Counted from the first letter of the stretch, positions 1-9,222 are shown. The stretch is DNA of 64,000 nucleotides from Longimicrobiaceae bacterium (GCA_045803205.1 JBJMPM010000225.1:1148-65147); one strand, 5' to 3'. Notes: generated from the letters alone by a model not told the origin. Program-made: numbers and translations.

Positions 1-113
1 GCCGCGCCCGGTGGGCCGCCGCCGGTTGCCGCCGTTGAATACGGACGGCGGAGGTAGGTCGTTTCAATCTAACGATTTCCGGCCGTGGTGTCTCCCCTTT
101 CGATGCCAGCGTC

Positions 114-183
114 TACGCAGAGACGCAGAGCCGCAGAGAGACGCGGCGCCCTCTCTCTGCGTCTCCACGTCTCTGCGTGAGAC
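114..183. repeat. Intergenic palindromic repeat, family A (CTCACGCAGAGACGCAGAG...CTCTGCGTCTCTGCGTGAG)
   Basis: Inverted arms ACGCAGAGACGCAGAG / CTCTGCGTCTCCACGTCTCTGCGTGAGA just after a stop codon; about 16 copies in the window. Confidence 0.85.
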
Positions 184-190
184 CGTCTTC

Positions 191-1738
191 TCAGGGCGTG
201 GCGTCCGTCAGACGGCCCTCGACGCGCGGCTTGATCGCCTCGCCGCGGGCGTAGAGCGCGGTGAGGGCGTCGAAGGCGATGAGCTTGAGGTCCGGGCCCG
301 GCGGCACGCTCGAGACGGCGCGCTGCGCGAAGGTGTAGCCGTCGCCGCCGCCGAAGAGGTAGTCGGGGACGGCGACGGTGTAGACGCTGTCGGCCGCCAG
401 CGGCGCCCAGGCGGCGCCGCGCTGCACCTGCACGTCCACGATGCGCTCCCCCTCGGGCCGGCCGCGGTCGAAGCGCACCCGCAGCCCGGAGAGCTGGAGG
501 AAGCGCCCCTCGCCGATGCCGCCGGAGACGGAGCGCTCCAGCATCCCCCGCACGTCCGTTCCGCGCAGCGACACCAGCGCCACCCGCGTGGGGAAGCCGA
601 AGGTGCGCGCCAGGTGCTCCCACCGGATCGTTCCGCCGAACACGTCGTCGATGCGCAGCGCTCCGCCGTTCAGCACCGCGATGTCGGCGGGTACCGTGGG
701 GAAGGCGGTGCGCATCTGGTCGGCCAGCCAGTCGCCCCAGGCGCTCTCGGTGTTGCGCACGGTCTCCTCGCTGGCGTCCATCAGCGAGTCGCTGCGCCCG
801 ATGGTCACGTCGAGGAAGGGCACCTTCTCCCGCAGCCGCGCGGCCCACGCCTGGCTCACCCGCTGGTCGTAGCCGGGGTCGATGGGGATGGTGGAATCGA
901 CCGCCACCGCCTCGGCGCGGGCGGTGGCGCGGCGGCCGCCGGCGAGCGTCACCCGCCAGATGCCGCGCGCGTTCGACTCGCCCTTGGTGATGAGCGCGGT
1001 GCTGTCGGTGAGCGGGTCGGAGAGGCGGTAGTGCTCATGCCCGCCGCAGATCCAGGCGAACCTGGGGTGCTGACGGCGGAGGCGGCTCACCTGCCGGTCG
1101 GTCTCGTGCGCCAGGTGGGTGAGGCCCACGATCACGTCCGCTCCGCGCGCCTCCAGCCCGCGGATCATCCGCTCCGCGTCTTCCACGAACGCCGAGTCGG
1201 CGCGCGCCCAGTCGCGCGGGGAGTCCAGGAAGGTGAGGGTGAAGATCCCGACCTTGAGCCCCGACGCGGTCACGATCACCGTGTCGCGCCCCAGCCGCCG
1301 GTCCGCCACGCTGTCGCCGGTGGCGAGGGTCACGTTCCCCGCCAGCCAGGGGAAGCGCGAGGCGCGGATCGCCCCCGCCGCCATCGCCGGCCGGCGCTCG
1401 TCGAACTCGTGGTTGCCGGGAACGAAGAGGAGCGGCGCCACGGAGTCCAGGTAGTTCAGGGCGTCGACCATCTGCAGCCCCGCGAAGTAGCGGCTCTCCA
1501 GCGAGGGGGCGATGGCGTCGCCGGCGTGCAGCACGCGCACCTCCGCGCCGCCCTGCTTCGCGCGCTCCGCCAGCGTCACCACGCGGCCGATCCCCCCGGC
1601 GCGGCCGTTCTCCACCGCGTCGATGCGGTAGACGTCGTTGAGCTGCAGCACGGTGAGCGTGCGCTGCTGCGCCGCGGCGGACGAGGCGAGCAGCAGGAGC
1701 GCGGCGGCGGCGGACGCCGTCTTTCGGGACAGGGTCAT
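191..1738 (-). CDS. Secreted bifunctional metallophosphatase / 5'-nucleotidase (UshA-like)
   Basis: Signal peptide; motifs LNDVY, AGD, GNHEFD, GGHEH; C-terminal 5'-nucleotidase domain (NGGALR, FPTRV, GGDGY). Confidence 0.92.
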   Translation of the reverse strand: MTLSRKTASAAAALLLLASSAAAQQRTLTVLQLNDVYRIDAVENGRAGGIGRVVTLAERAKQGGAEVRVLHAGDAIAPSLESRYFAGLQMVDALNYLDSVAPLLFVPGNHEFDERRPAMAAGAIRASRFPWLAGNVTLATGDSVADRRLGRDTVIVTASGLKVGIFTLTFLDSPRDWARADSAFVEDAERMIRGLEARGADVIVGLTHLAHETDRQVSRLRRQHPRFAWICGGHEHYRLSDPLTDSTALITKGESNARGIWRVTLAGGRRATARAEAVAVDSTIPIDPGYDQRVSQAWAARLREKVPFLDVTIGRSDSLMDASEETVRNTESAWGDWLADQMRTAFPTVPADIAVLNGGALRIDDVFGGTIRWEHLARTFGFPTRVALVSLRGTDVRGMLERSVSGGIGEGRFLQLSGLRVRFDRGRPEGERIVDVQVQRGAAWAPLAADSVYTVAVPDYLFGGGDGYTFAQRAVSSVPPGPDLKLIAFDALTALYARGEAIKPRVEGRLTDATP

Positions 1739-1797
1739 GCGTCGATGATTCGGACGTGACAGGGAACCGAGGACGATCGAGAACCTCGTCCCGCTCG

Positions 1798-1885
1798 GAC
1801 GTCATCCTGAGGCCGGCCATGCCGTGACTTCGGCTTCACGATTCCCGTGCAGGCCGAAGGATCTATAGCCCGTGCAGGCACTTAG
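1798..1885. repeat. Left part of a REPIN/MITE-like element (family E, GACGTCATCCTGAGGCCGGCC...GCAGGCCGAAGGATCTAT) interrupted by IS630
   Basis: Matches the reverse complement of 23650-23736; continues at 3156-3301. Confidence 0.85.
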
Positions 1886-3160
1886 TGGTCCCGCTCGCAA
1901 GTTCGGTGACGTATTGGTCATGCACAGAGAGCGAGAGGTTCCGGTTGATCGTTCGTCAGCTTCGCCATGAGGGCGGCCAGATCCGCTCGGGTGAATTTCC
2001 ACTCGAACGGCTGGGCGACATCACCAAACCGCTTCTCGAAGGACAGCAGGCGCTCCTCGACTGCTGTCAGCGAATCGAAGTCGTTCGGCGTGAGGACCTT
2101 GCGCTGGATGATCGAGAAGTAGATCTCGATCTGGTTCAGCCAGCTCGCATGGACCGGCAGATGAACGACCTTCAGCTTGGGCCAGCGGGCCTGAAGCCTC
2201 TTGATTGCTGCCTTGCCGCGGTGCGAGGAGCCGTTGTCGAGGATCCAGAACACCCGGTGGGCCGACGCGTAGGGCTCCTGGGTCATGACCTGCTCGACCA
2301 GTCGCCCGAATGGCTCGATCCCGGTGGTCTGCTCGCAGCGGCCGAAGACCTTCGCGCGGTGGACGTCCCAGGCGGCCAGGTAGGCCAGCGCACCGCCGCG
2401 CTTGTACTCGTGTTCGACCCGCATCGCCTGCCCGGGGGCAGGCGGTTGGGTCGGGTGAAGGCGAATGCGCGCCTGGAGGCTCGTCTTCTCGTCCGCGCTG
2501 ATGACGTACTCGTCGGGACGGAGGGAGCGTCCCTCCCAGAGTCTCTGGTAAAGATCGAGAACCAGAGCGGCCTTGGCCTCGAAGTCGGGGTCGCGCGGGA
2601 AGATCCAGCTCCGGTGCTGCCAGGGCTTAAGCGCGTCGGCCGAAAGCCAGCGCCACACGGTGGCGCCACTGATGGAGGCTACGATTCCGCGCGCAACCGC
2701 CTCGCGTGCCAGTTCCGAGGTGCTGAAGCGCGAGAGCGGGATGCCGAGCTGGGCCGGGATCTCACAGGCGAGCGCCTTCACCTGCACGACCACGTGAGGG
2801 GGAAAAACCAGCCGGCCGTCCGCTGCGAGGCTGATCGGAAAGCCCCTCCAGGCGGTGCGTGTGGAAGCGTTTTCGCCACTTGCTGACGACCTGTCGAGGC
2901 AGGTCCAGGCGCTCGCCGATGACCTGGTTTTCCAGGCCATCAGCGGCAAGTAGAACGAGCTTGGCGCGGACGACCTTGAAGTATGGTGCCGTATACCTGC
3001 GTGCCATCGCCTCGAGCTGCTCCCTCTCGCTGTCCGAGAGGAGAATCGGGAAGGGGCTACGTCGCGGCATCTCCACCTCCTTTCGGAGAGTGAAGATAAC
3101 CGGATCAGTAGCTGGGGACAACGCAAATACGTCATCGTAGTTGTGAAGTTACCTACTTAG
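1881..3160 (-). mobile_element. IS630-family insertion sequence
   Basis: CTTAG at both ends (1881-1885, 3156-3160); imperfect ~35-bp terminal inverted repeats with core AATACGTCA; lower GC; HTH + DDE transposase in two frames. Confidence 0.92.
1918..3070 (-). CDS. IS630 transposase: HTH orfA (3070-2762) joined to the DDE frame (to 1918) by a probable +1 frameshift
   Basis: orfA MPRRSPF..VSKWRKRF..PRSGRP; orfB SADEKT, HEYKRGG, ILDNGSSH, HASWLNQIEIYF; frames overlap at TTTTTCCCCC (minus strand, 2807-2798). Confidence 0.88.
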
Positions 3161-3301
3161 CCTGAGAAACGCGCGGTCGGGACCCTGCGTTCCAGCCTCG
3201 GCGCGCATCGCCGGCTCACGTGCTTCCTCGGTGATAGATCCTTCGGCCTGCAGGGTCCCCTGTGGGCGACAACGCGGCGTGGCCGGCCTCAGGACGACGT
3301 C
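3156..3301. repeat. Right part of the family E element interrupted by IS630
   Basis: ATAGATCCTTCGGCCTGC...GGCCGGCCTCAGGACGACGTC, inverted relative to 1798-1866; homologous to the reverse complement of 23509-23654. Confidence 0.85.
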
Positions 3302-3522
3302 TTTCGGGCAGTTCCTCGACAATCGTTCAGGACGACGTCCTGGAGGGTCGCCGAGGTTTCTCGACAGCCCCTCCGGGAGCGTCCGGGGGGAGGATACGCG
3401 AGGCGCGGGGGCCGGCACAAGCGGCGGAACCGTTGTCCGCGGCGGTGCGCCGCCCTACCATGCAGCGGCGGATTCTCCGCGCACTTTCCCAGACCCACCG
3501 CCCCACCCCCGGAGGCTCCCCC

Positions 3523-3978
3523 ATGATGAGCGGATTCAGGAAGTTCATTGCCCAGGGCAACGTGATCGACCTGGCGGTGGGGATCGTGATCGGCGCCGCG
3601 TTCGGGACGGTGGTGAAGAGCTTCGTGGACGACATCCTGATGCCGCCCGTCGGCCGCGTGCTGGGCGGCGCGGACTTCAAGGACCTCTTCTGGAGCCTGA
3701 ACGGCCAGCAGTACCCGTCGCTCGCCGCCGCGAAGGAAGCGGGCGCGGCCACGGTGAACTACGGGGTGTTCATCAACAACGTGATCGCCTTCCTGATCGT
3801 GGCCTTCGCCGTCTACCTGGTGGTGCAGGCGTACGACCGCCTGCGCACGAAGGAGATCGCCGTACCCGCGCCCGAGGTGCGCAACTGCCCGTTCTGCACC
3901 GAGCCCGTGGCGCTGGCCGCCACGCGCTGCCCGCACTGCACCTCCGAGCTCGCCCCGTCCCGGCTGGCCACCTCCTGA
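3523..3978 (+). CDS. mscL: Large-conductance mechanosensitive channel with a C-terminal CxxC...CxxC zinc ribbon
   Basis: FRKFIAQGNVIDLAVGIVIGAAF and YGVFINNVIAFLIVAF; tail CPFC..CPHC; GGAGG RBS. Confidence 0.95.
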   Translation: MMSGFRKFIAQGNVIDLAVGIVIGAAFGTVVKSFVDDILMPPVGRVLGGADFKDLFWSLNGQQYPSLAAAKEAGAATVNYGVFINNVIAFLIVAFAVYLVVQAYDRLRTKEIAVPAPEVRNCPFCTEPVALAATRCPHCTSELAPSRLATS

Positions 3979-4002
3979 GGCGGCGCCGGGGTAAACGCGC
4001 GG

Positions 4003-4018
4003 CGGCACGCAACCTGCC
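4003..4018 (+). promoter_or_regulatory. sigma54-type -24/-12 promoter (CGGCACGCAACCTGCC)
   Basis: GG-N10-GC spacing with GGCACG, ~50 nt upstream of a small ORF. Confidence 0.5.
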
Positions 4019-4068
4019 CAGACGATTGTGGCGGATCGATTTAGCTCATTCGTCGCGGGGAGGGGCAC

Positions 4069-4215
4069 ATGGGCATGCTGCTGGAGATCGGACGCCACGC
4101 GCTGGAGGGGGTGGAGGTGCTGTTCGCGTTCGCGACGGTGGCGGCGCTGGGGGCGGGGATGGTGTTCGGCCGGCATCGGGCCGAGGGCGACGAGGTGACG
4201 GCTCACCACGGCTGA
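4069..4215 (+). CDS. Small single-pass membrane protein (48 aa, MGMLLEIGRHALEGVEVLFAFATVAALGAGMVFGRHRAEGDEVTAHHG), not in the ORF track
   Basis: GGAGG RBS, GC-rich third codon positions, hydrophobic core, followed by a family A repeat. Confidence 0.6.
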   Translation: MGMLLEIGRHALEGVEVLFAFATVAALGAGMVFGRHRAEGDEVTAHHG

Positions 4216-4222
4216 ACAGCGG

Positions 4223-4283
4223 TCTCACGCGGAGGCGCAGAGAGGCGCGGCGACCCTCTCTGCGACCCCGCGTCTCTGCGTGA
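4223..4283. repeat. Family A palindromic repeat
   Basis: TCTCACGCGGAGGCGCAGAG...CTCTGCGACCCCGCGTCTCTGCGTGA between convergent genes. Confidence 0.8.
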
Positions 4284-4751
4284 TCAGGCCAGCGCGGCCT
4301 TGATCTCCTCGAAGGGCGGGAGGAGGCTGGGGTTGGTCTCGTGCCAGGCCCAGCGGATGGTGCCGTCGGGGCCGACCACGAACACGGCGCGGTCGGACGC
4401 GTTCAGCAGCCCCGGCCCCACCGGCGCGGCGCGCAGCACCCCGAAGCCGCGGCTCGCCTCCCGGTTCCAGTCGGAGAGGAAGACGTAGTCCGCCCCCAGC
4501 TCCTCGCGGTAGCGGTTCAGCACGTACGGCGAGTCCACGCTGATCGCCGCCACCTTCGCCTTCAGCCCCGAATAGCTGCCGATGTCGTCGCGCACGCTGC
4601 ACAGCTCCTCGGTGCAGGTGCTGCTGAACGCCAGCGGGAAGAAGAGCAGCACCGCCGGTCCCTCCTTCCACAGCGACGAGAGCGGCACCTGCTGGTGCTC
4701 GTGCGAGGGCAGCGTCACCTCCGGCGCCCGGTCTCCTGCCTTCAATCCCAT
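4284..4751 (-). CDS. Peroxiredoxin (AhpC/TSA family, AhpE/BCP-like)
   Basis: GDRAPEVTL, FFPLAFSSTCTEELC, ISVDS, LSDW, RAVFVV. Confidence 0.9.
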   Translation of the reverse strand: MGLKAGDRAPEVTLPSHEHQQVPLSSLWKEGPAVLLFFPLAFSSTCTEELCSVRDDIGSYSGLKAKVAAISVDSPYVLNRYREELGADYVFLSDWNREASRGFGVLRAAPVGPGLLNASDRAVFVVGPDGTIRWAWHETNPSLLPPFEEIKAALA

Positions 4752-4822
4752 CCTCGTCCCCTTTCCAGACGTGTGAAAGCCGTGCCTCTGCGCCCTCTGC
4801 GCCTCTGCGTGAGACCGCCGTT

Positions 4823-5269
4823 TCAGCCCGGCTCGATGCGCAGCGAGGCCAGCGCCCCGCGCACGGCCTCGCGCTCCGCCTCTTCCTGGCCGGCGGCGCA
4901 GAAGTAGGTGGCGAACACCAGCGTGCCCGGCGCGGTGCCCACCGCCACCATCCAGTAGAGCGTCTCCCCCTCGTCCTCGTCCTCGCTCACGTACTCGCAG
5001 AGCGCCAGCTCCGCGCCGCCCTCCAGCGGCACGTCCTCCACCTCGTCCTCCTCCAGCTCCACCCCGCGCTCCTCCAGGAAGGAGTAGAGCTCCTCGGCCG
5101 GGTCGGGAAAGTCGTCGCCGCCGGGGGCGAAGGAGATCAGGTGCAGGGTGCCGAGGCCGTCTTCCTTCCACACCTCCAGCCCGTCCTGGTCCTCGTCCGG
5201 CGCGGCGGACCACCCGGCGGGCACCCGCACGGTGAAGCGGCCTTCGGGATCGCGTGCCGTGTCGCTCAT
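4823..5269 (-). CDS. Acidic hypothetical protein (PsbP/DcrB-like fold plausible)
   Basis: FTVRVPAGW start and ..LASLRI end typical of Mog1/PsbP-like proteins; host-like codon usage. Confidence 0.65.
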   Translation of the reverse strand: MSDTARDPEGRFTVRVPAGWSAAPDEDQDGLEVWKEDGLGTLHLISFAPGGDDFPDPAEELYSFLEERGVELEEDEVEDVPLEGGAELALCEYVSEDEDEGETLYWMVAVGTAPGTLVFATYFCAAGQEEAEREAVRGALASLRIEPG

Positions 5270-5472
5270 CCGGTCGCCCTCATTGCTGAAATGGATCGGC
5301 CGCGCAAAATGCGCGACATTGCACCCGCCGGCAAGCCCCGCGCGCGGGGCCGCGGAGCCGCCCATCTCCCCCGCACCGGCGGCGTTCGAGGCTTGGCGAA
5401 CGCCCCGCCGGGAGGCGCGGAGGGGGTGTCATAGGATCGGTGACTCAGACGTTACCATTTCGAGCACGCGAT

Positions 5473-5488
5473 CGGCACGCAAGATGCC
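5473..5488 (+). promoter_or_regulatory. sigma54-type promoter (CGGCACGCAAGATGCC)
   Basis: GG-N10-GC; nearly identical to the 4003 site; upstream of a small ORF. Confidence 0.5.
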
Positions 5489-5548
5489 TTACGTGCATGC
5501 GGCGCCTCGGCCGAAGCGCCGTCCCCACCCTCCACGCGGGAGGCGCTT

Positions 5549-5716
5549 ATCCGCACCTTGGGTGTCAGTCTCGTAGCCATCGCAGCCATCGTGGCAAGCC
5601 TCACCGTGGCCCGGCAGCGCCAGGAAACTCCCTCGCGGTTCAGGGAGAAGAGGCCCGAACACTCGCCGGCTGCCGTGGGCCTGGACCTGGAGGGGCTCCG
5701 CGCCGCGGGGTTCTGA
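5549..5716 (+). CDS. Small membrane-anchored protein (IRTLGVSLVAIAAIVASLTVARQRQ...DLEGLRAAGF); start ATC 5549 or TTG 5558
   Basis: GGGAGG at 5538-5543; N-terminal TM helix; in-frame stop at 5441 upstream; hairpin terminator downstream. Confidence 0.55.
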   Translation: MRTLGVSLVAIAAIVASLTVARQRQETPSRFREKRPEHSPAAVGLDLEGLRAAGF

Positions 5717-5753
5717 CAGCACAGCCCGGCCCGCGTGACGGGTGGTAGCAGAA

Positions 5754-5795
5754 CGGGCGCGGATGTCCCATCTGGGGCATCCGCGCCCGCCCTTT
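5754..5795 (+). terminator. Intrinsic terminator-like hairpin
   Basis: CGGGCGCGGATGTCCCA-TC-TGGGGCATCCGCGCCCG followed by CCCTTT. Confidence 0.6.
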
Positions 5796-6134
5796 CGTAC
5801 CGGGTCGCGGCAGAGGTTGCCGGGTGCGAAAGCTTTCACCCGTGCAGACTTCGGCTACGTTCGCCAGGCGGCGCCGCCGGGTCCTCGCCGTCAAGCCGTC
5901 TGCGCCACCGCGTCCTTTGGGGCCGTTGTGTGCCCGCCGTCAGGCCGTCTGGCTATTCCGACGGATGCAATAGGTACAGCAATGACAAACAAATGTGCCG
6001 TAGCAGATCGGGATGACTGACATTCGGGTCATGTTCGGATCGCGCCGCGACCGAACGTTTGTTCGAAACCACGCAATCCTTTGCAGATCCGGCACTTTCG
6101 CGGGCGCCCTGCCGTGCGATTTCACTAAGTAGGG

Positions 6135-6163
6135 TTGACATAAGGGGTTACGAAATGTATCAT
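6135..6163 (+). promoter_or_regulatory. sigma70 promoter of the lytic transglycosylase gene
   Basis: TTGACA-N17-TATCAT in an AT-rich patch. Confidence 0.75.
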
Positions 6164-6250
6164 TGAGGACAATGTTGAATGCCGACACGGCATCGCGCGG
6201 CGCCCGGGTGGACGTCGCGCCATTGCTTGAGTAGACAGGAGACCTCGAGC

Positions 6251-6994
6251 TTGCAGAAGAAGATCCCCACGCGCACGCGGATGCGCCTTCGCAACGACAC
6301 GGGCTCGCTCCTGCGCTCGCGGCCGCTGCAGGCGATGCTGGCGGTGGTCGCCGTGGCGCAGGTGGTGGCCGTCGGGTCGGGAAAGCCGGTTCAGGCGGGC
6401 GAGCCCCGCACCCTGCGCGAGCTGGCGGCCCGCGTGGCCACGGCCGAGCCGGTGGGGCAGATCCCGGCGATGGTGGCGGCGGCGCCGATGAAGGCGGTCA
6501 AGGTGGCCGCGGCCGCCCCGCGGAAGCGGAAGGCCACGGAGCGGAAGAGCTCCGCGGCCGAGGAGCTGGCGGTGAAGTACCGCCGCCGCGGCTTCAAGGT
6601 GTCACCGGCGCTGGCGCGGCAGATCCACGCGGCGGCGGTGGCCAACCGCATCGACCCGAAGGTCGCCTTCGGGCTGGTGCGCACCGAGAGCGGCTTCAAG
6701 AGCAGCGCGACCAGCCACGTGGGCGCCATCGGCCTCACGCAGCTCATGCCGTCGACCGCCCGCTGGTTCCAGCGCGGAGTCACGCGCAGCGACCTGCGCA
6801 ACCCCGAGGTGAACCTGCGCATCGGGTTCCGCTACCTGCGCGAGCTGATCGACAAGTACGAGGGCGACACCGAGCTGGCGCTGACCGCCTACAACCGCGG
6901 CCCCGGCACCGTCGACCGCGTGCTGAAGCGCGGCGGCGACCCCGACAACGGCTACGCCGACATGGTCCTGGGGCGCCGCACCCGCCACCGGTGA
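6251..6994 (+). CDS. Lytic transglycosylase (SLT domain), membrane-anchored or secreted
   Basis: VRTESGF, GAIGLTQLMP, ALTAYNRG; start uncertain (TTG 6251 or ATG 6281). Confidence 0.9.
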   Translation: MQKKIPTRTRMRLRNDTGSLLRSRPLQAMLAVVAVAQVVAVGSGKPVQAGEPRTLRELAARVATAEPVGQIPAMVAAAPMKAVKVAAAAPRKRKATERKSSAAEELAVKYRRRGFKVSPALARQIHAAAVANRIDPKVAFGLVRTESGFKSSATSHVGAIGLTQLMPSTARWFQRGVTRSDLRNPEVNLRIGFRYLRELIDKYEGDTELALTAYNRGPGTVDRVLKRGGDPDNGYADMVLGRRTRHR

Positions 6995-7003
6995 CAACAG
7001 CGG

Positions 7004-7069
7004 TCTCACGCAGAGACGCAGAGGCACGGAGAGAACCGCTCTCCGTGCCTCTGCGTCTCTACCGTGAGA
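7004..7069. repeat. Family A palindromic repeat
   Basis: TCTCACGCAGAGACGCAGAGGCACGGAGAG...CTCTCCGTGCCTCTGCGTCTCTACCGTGAGA. Confidence 0.85.
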
Positions 7070-7097
7070 TTCTTGTTCTTCTCTACCGAAAATGCGC

Positions 7098-8819
7098 CTA
7101 TGGCACGTACGGCAGCACGTAAGGCGTGGTGCGCCACGGCGTGTAGTCCATCGTCGCCTCGGCACCGTCGCCGTTCGGCCCGCCGGGACCCGCCGCGTCG
7201 CCCCACCAGTTGTTCTCTACGTTGATGCTGTCTCCAAAAACCGTGGCAATCCCGTACCCTCCGTTGTTGATCAGATTGCAGTTGTGCACCTCGTTCCCGC
7301 TGATCACGACGATTCCATCCCCGCCGCTGTCGCGGACTTCGCAGGAAAGTACCTGGACGTCGTACCCGACCACCAGCCCGGTTATCATCGACCCACGGAT
7401 GAGCGTACTCTCCAACGTCCCGTTACGTCCCGCCATGTACACGGCGGGGCTGTAGACGGCGGAATCGACCCGCGAGCGGCTGATCCGCGAATTCTGTCCA
7501 TTCAGCACCAGCGCGGCCGAATGGTGGACTATGGTGCTGTCGACGATCACGGTATGGAGCAGGTTCACCCACACCCCGTGATAATAGGCGTACTCGATTC
7601 TCACGTTGGTCAGATAGCTGCTGGCCGTCGGTTCTCCGTCCAGCATGATCCCGTGCCAGCCTGCGGCCGTGTTGCTTGCGGTGAAGCGCACCGGAGCCGC
7701 CGCCGAGCCACGGGCGACGACTCGCCCCCCATTCGTGGCGGTGATTTCGGCGGCCGAGTCGAAGGCCAGCACGGCCCCCGGCATCGGGATCAGGATCCCC
7801 CAGTACTGCACCGTGATGTTGCCCGTCACGTGCCAGGGGAGCGCCGGCGCGGGGTAGGCCCACTGCTGCAGGATACCGCCGGTGACCACAAGGGTGTCGC
7901 GCGCGTTGCCGAGCAGACTGTCCTGCTGCGCGATCGTCGTGTAGATGCGGGGGAAGGCGCTCACCACCAGCTCGGCGGGGTAGCTGGCGCCGCCCGTCAC
8001 GCGCACTGGCTGGGTGGCTGCGAAGCCCGCGCCGGTGGTGGTGACCTTCAGCCCCACGCCGCCGCTTCCCTCGATCCGTCCGCCCAGCAGCGAGATGCCG
8101 TTGGTGCCCAGCACGGCCAGCCCCACGCCCGCCGCGCCGCGGATCACGTTCTGCTCGAAGGTGACGACGCTCCCCAGCGTGACCGCGGGGTAGGCGGCGC
8201 TGGTGACGGTGTCCACGCGCGAGCGGCTGAGCCGCGAGCCGCGCCCCCACAAATACAAGCCCCGCTCGTTCTGCCGGATGGCCACGCTGTCGATGTAGGC
8301 CGCGTGGTAGTCGTGCGTCGACAGGGCGTAGGCGGAGCGCGTGTGTTCGATGCGCGCGTTCTTCAGCGAGCTGGCGGAAGCGGGGGTTCCCCGCAGGTGC
8401 ACCCCGCCCCAGCCGTTCGCCGGGTCCGTGGCGGTGAGCACGATCCGCGCGGTGTCGAGCCCGTCCGCGACCAGGCGCCCGCCGTTCGCGGCTTCCAGCG
8501 CGCCCGCGCTTCCGAAGCACACCAGCACCCCCGGCTCGAGCGTGAGCACGCCCGCTCCCTCGACGTGGACCGGGACGTCGACGCGGTGCGGACTGCCGGC
8601 GCGGCTCCACGTCGCGGCCGCGGTGACCGAATCGGCGTGCGTCTGCCCGCCGAGCCCGGCGTCGCACGCGGGGTTGAGCGTCGCTACCGGCGCGCGCGGA
8701 GCGGCGCGCGGCGCCAGGGGCTGGTCGCGGCCGCAGGCGCCCAGGGCAGCCAGCAGCGCGAGGGCGAGCACCCGGCTCCGCCGGATGACGCGATCCGGGC
8801 TCCCGATGCGTGTGGTCAT
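7098..8819 (-). CDS. Lipoprotein with duplicated right-handed parallel beta-helix modules
   Basis: Lipobox LGAC; two LxxxPG..F..GGRxVAxG..W.G modules; C-terminal NNWWGDAAGP..DYTPW. Confidence 0.82.
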   Translation of the reverse strand: MTTRIGSPDRVIRRSRVLALALLAALGACGRDQPLAPRAAPRAPVATLNPACDAGLGGQTHADSVTAAATWSRAGSPHRVDVPVHVEGAGVLTLEPGVLVCFGSAGALEAANGGRLVADGLDTARIVLTATDPANGWGGVHLRGTPASASSLKNARIEHTRSAYALSTHDYHAAYIDSVAIRQNERGLYLWGRGSRLSRSRVDTVTSAAYPAVTLGSVVTFEQNVIRGAAGVGLAVLGTNGISLLGGRIEGSGGVGLKVTTTGAGFAATQPVRVTGGASYPAELVVSAFPRIYTTIAQQDSLLGNARDTLVVTGGILQQWAYPAPALPWHVTGNITVQYWGILIPMPGAVLAFDSAAEITATNGGRVVARGSAAAPVRFTASNTAAGWHGIMLDGEPTASSYLTNVRIEYAYYHGVWVNLLHTVIVDSTIVHHSAALVLNGQNSRISRSRVDSAVYSPAVYMAGRNGTLESTLIRGSMITGLVVGYDVQVLSCEVRDSGGDGIVVISGNEVHNCNLINNGGYGIATVFGDSINVENNWWGDAAGPGGPNGDGAEATMDYTPWRTTPYVLPYVP

Positions 8820-9167
8820 GGGGAGACCTTTCAGTTGAGGATGATCCCGGGAATGAGCCGGTGTATCTCGCCGGTTCACGCGCCGGGCGGCTGCCGTGGA
8901 CGACGCCGACGGTTCTTCACGGATTCAACCGTTCAAACCCAGATCTGATCGAGGGGAGTGCGCCTCTGGTTCTGGCGCATGGAGAACTGCGGGGGAAGGG
9001 CGCGATGCACTAAAGTCGCTTGGGCACGATACACGGGTGGGTGGCAGAAATCAATCTTATTGTCTCTAATTGAACGTCACTGCGGCGTCGCGACAAATGG
9101 GCAGGCGTACGGGAAACGGGGCCGCGGCTACCACCCCCCCCCCGACGATCAGGGTACACAAAGGGAA

Positions 9168-9222
9168 AGCACGGAGAGAACACCTGGTTGTTCTCTCCGT
9201 GCCTCCACGTCTCTGCGTGAGA
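9168..9222. repeat. Family A palindromic repeat (degenerate left arm)
   Basis: GCACGGAGAGAA...TTCTCTCCGTGCCTCCACGTCTCTGCGTGAGA. Confidence 0.75.

Noticed and set aside
5796-6134. Riboswitch (e.g. c-di-AMP) or small gene before the lytic transglycosylase
   Set aside because: No recognisable aptamer consensus, the region lies upstream of the promoter, and the ORFs lack codon bias.
9134-9143. C10 homopolymer as a phase-variation site
   Set aside because: Not within a CDS or an identifiable promoter spacer.
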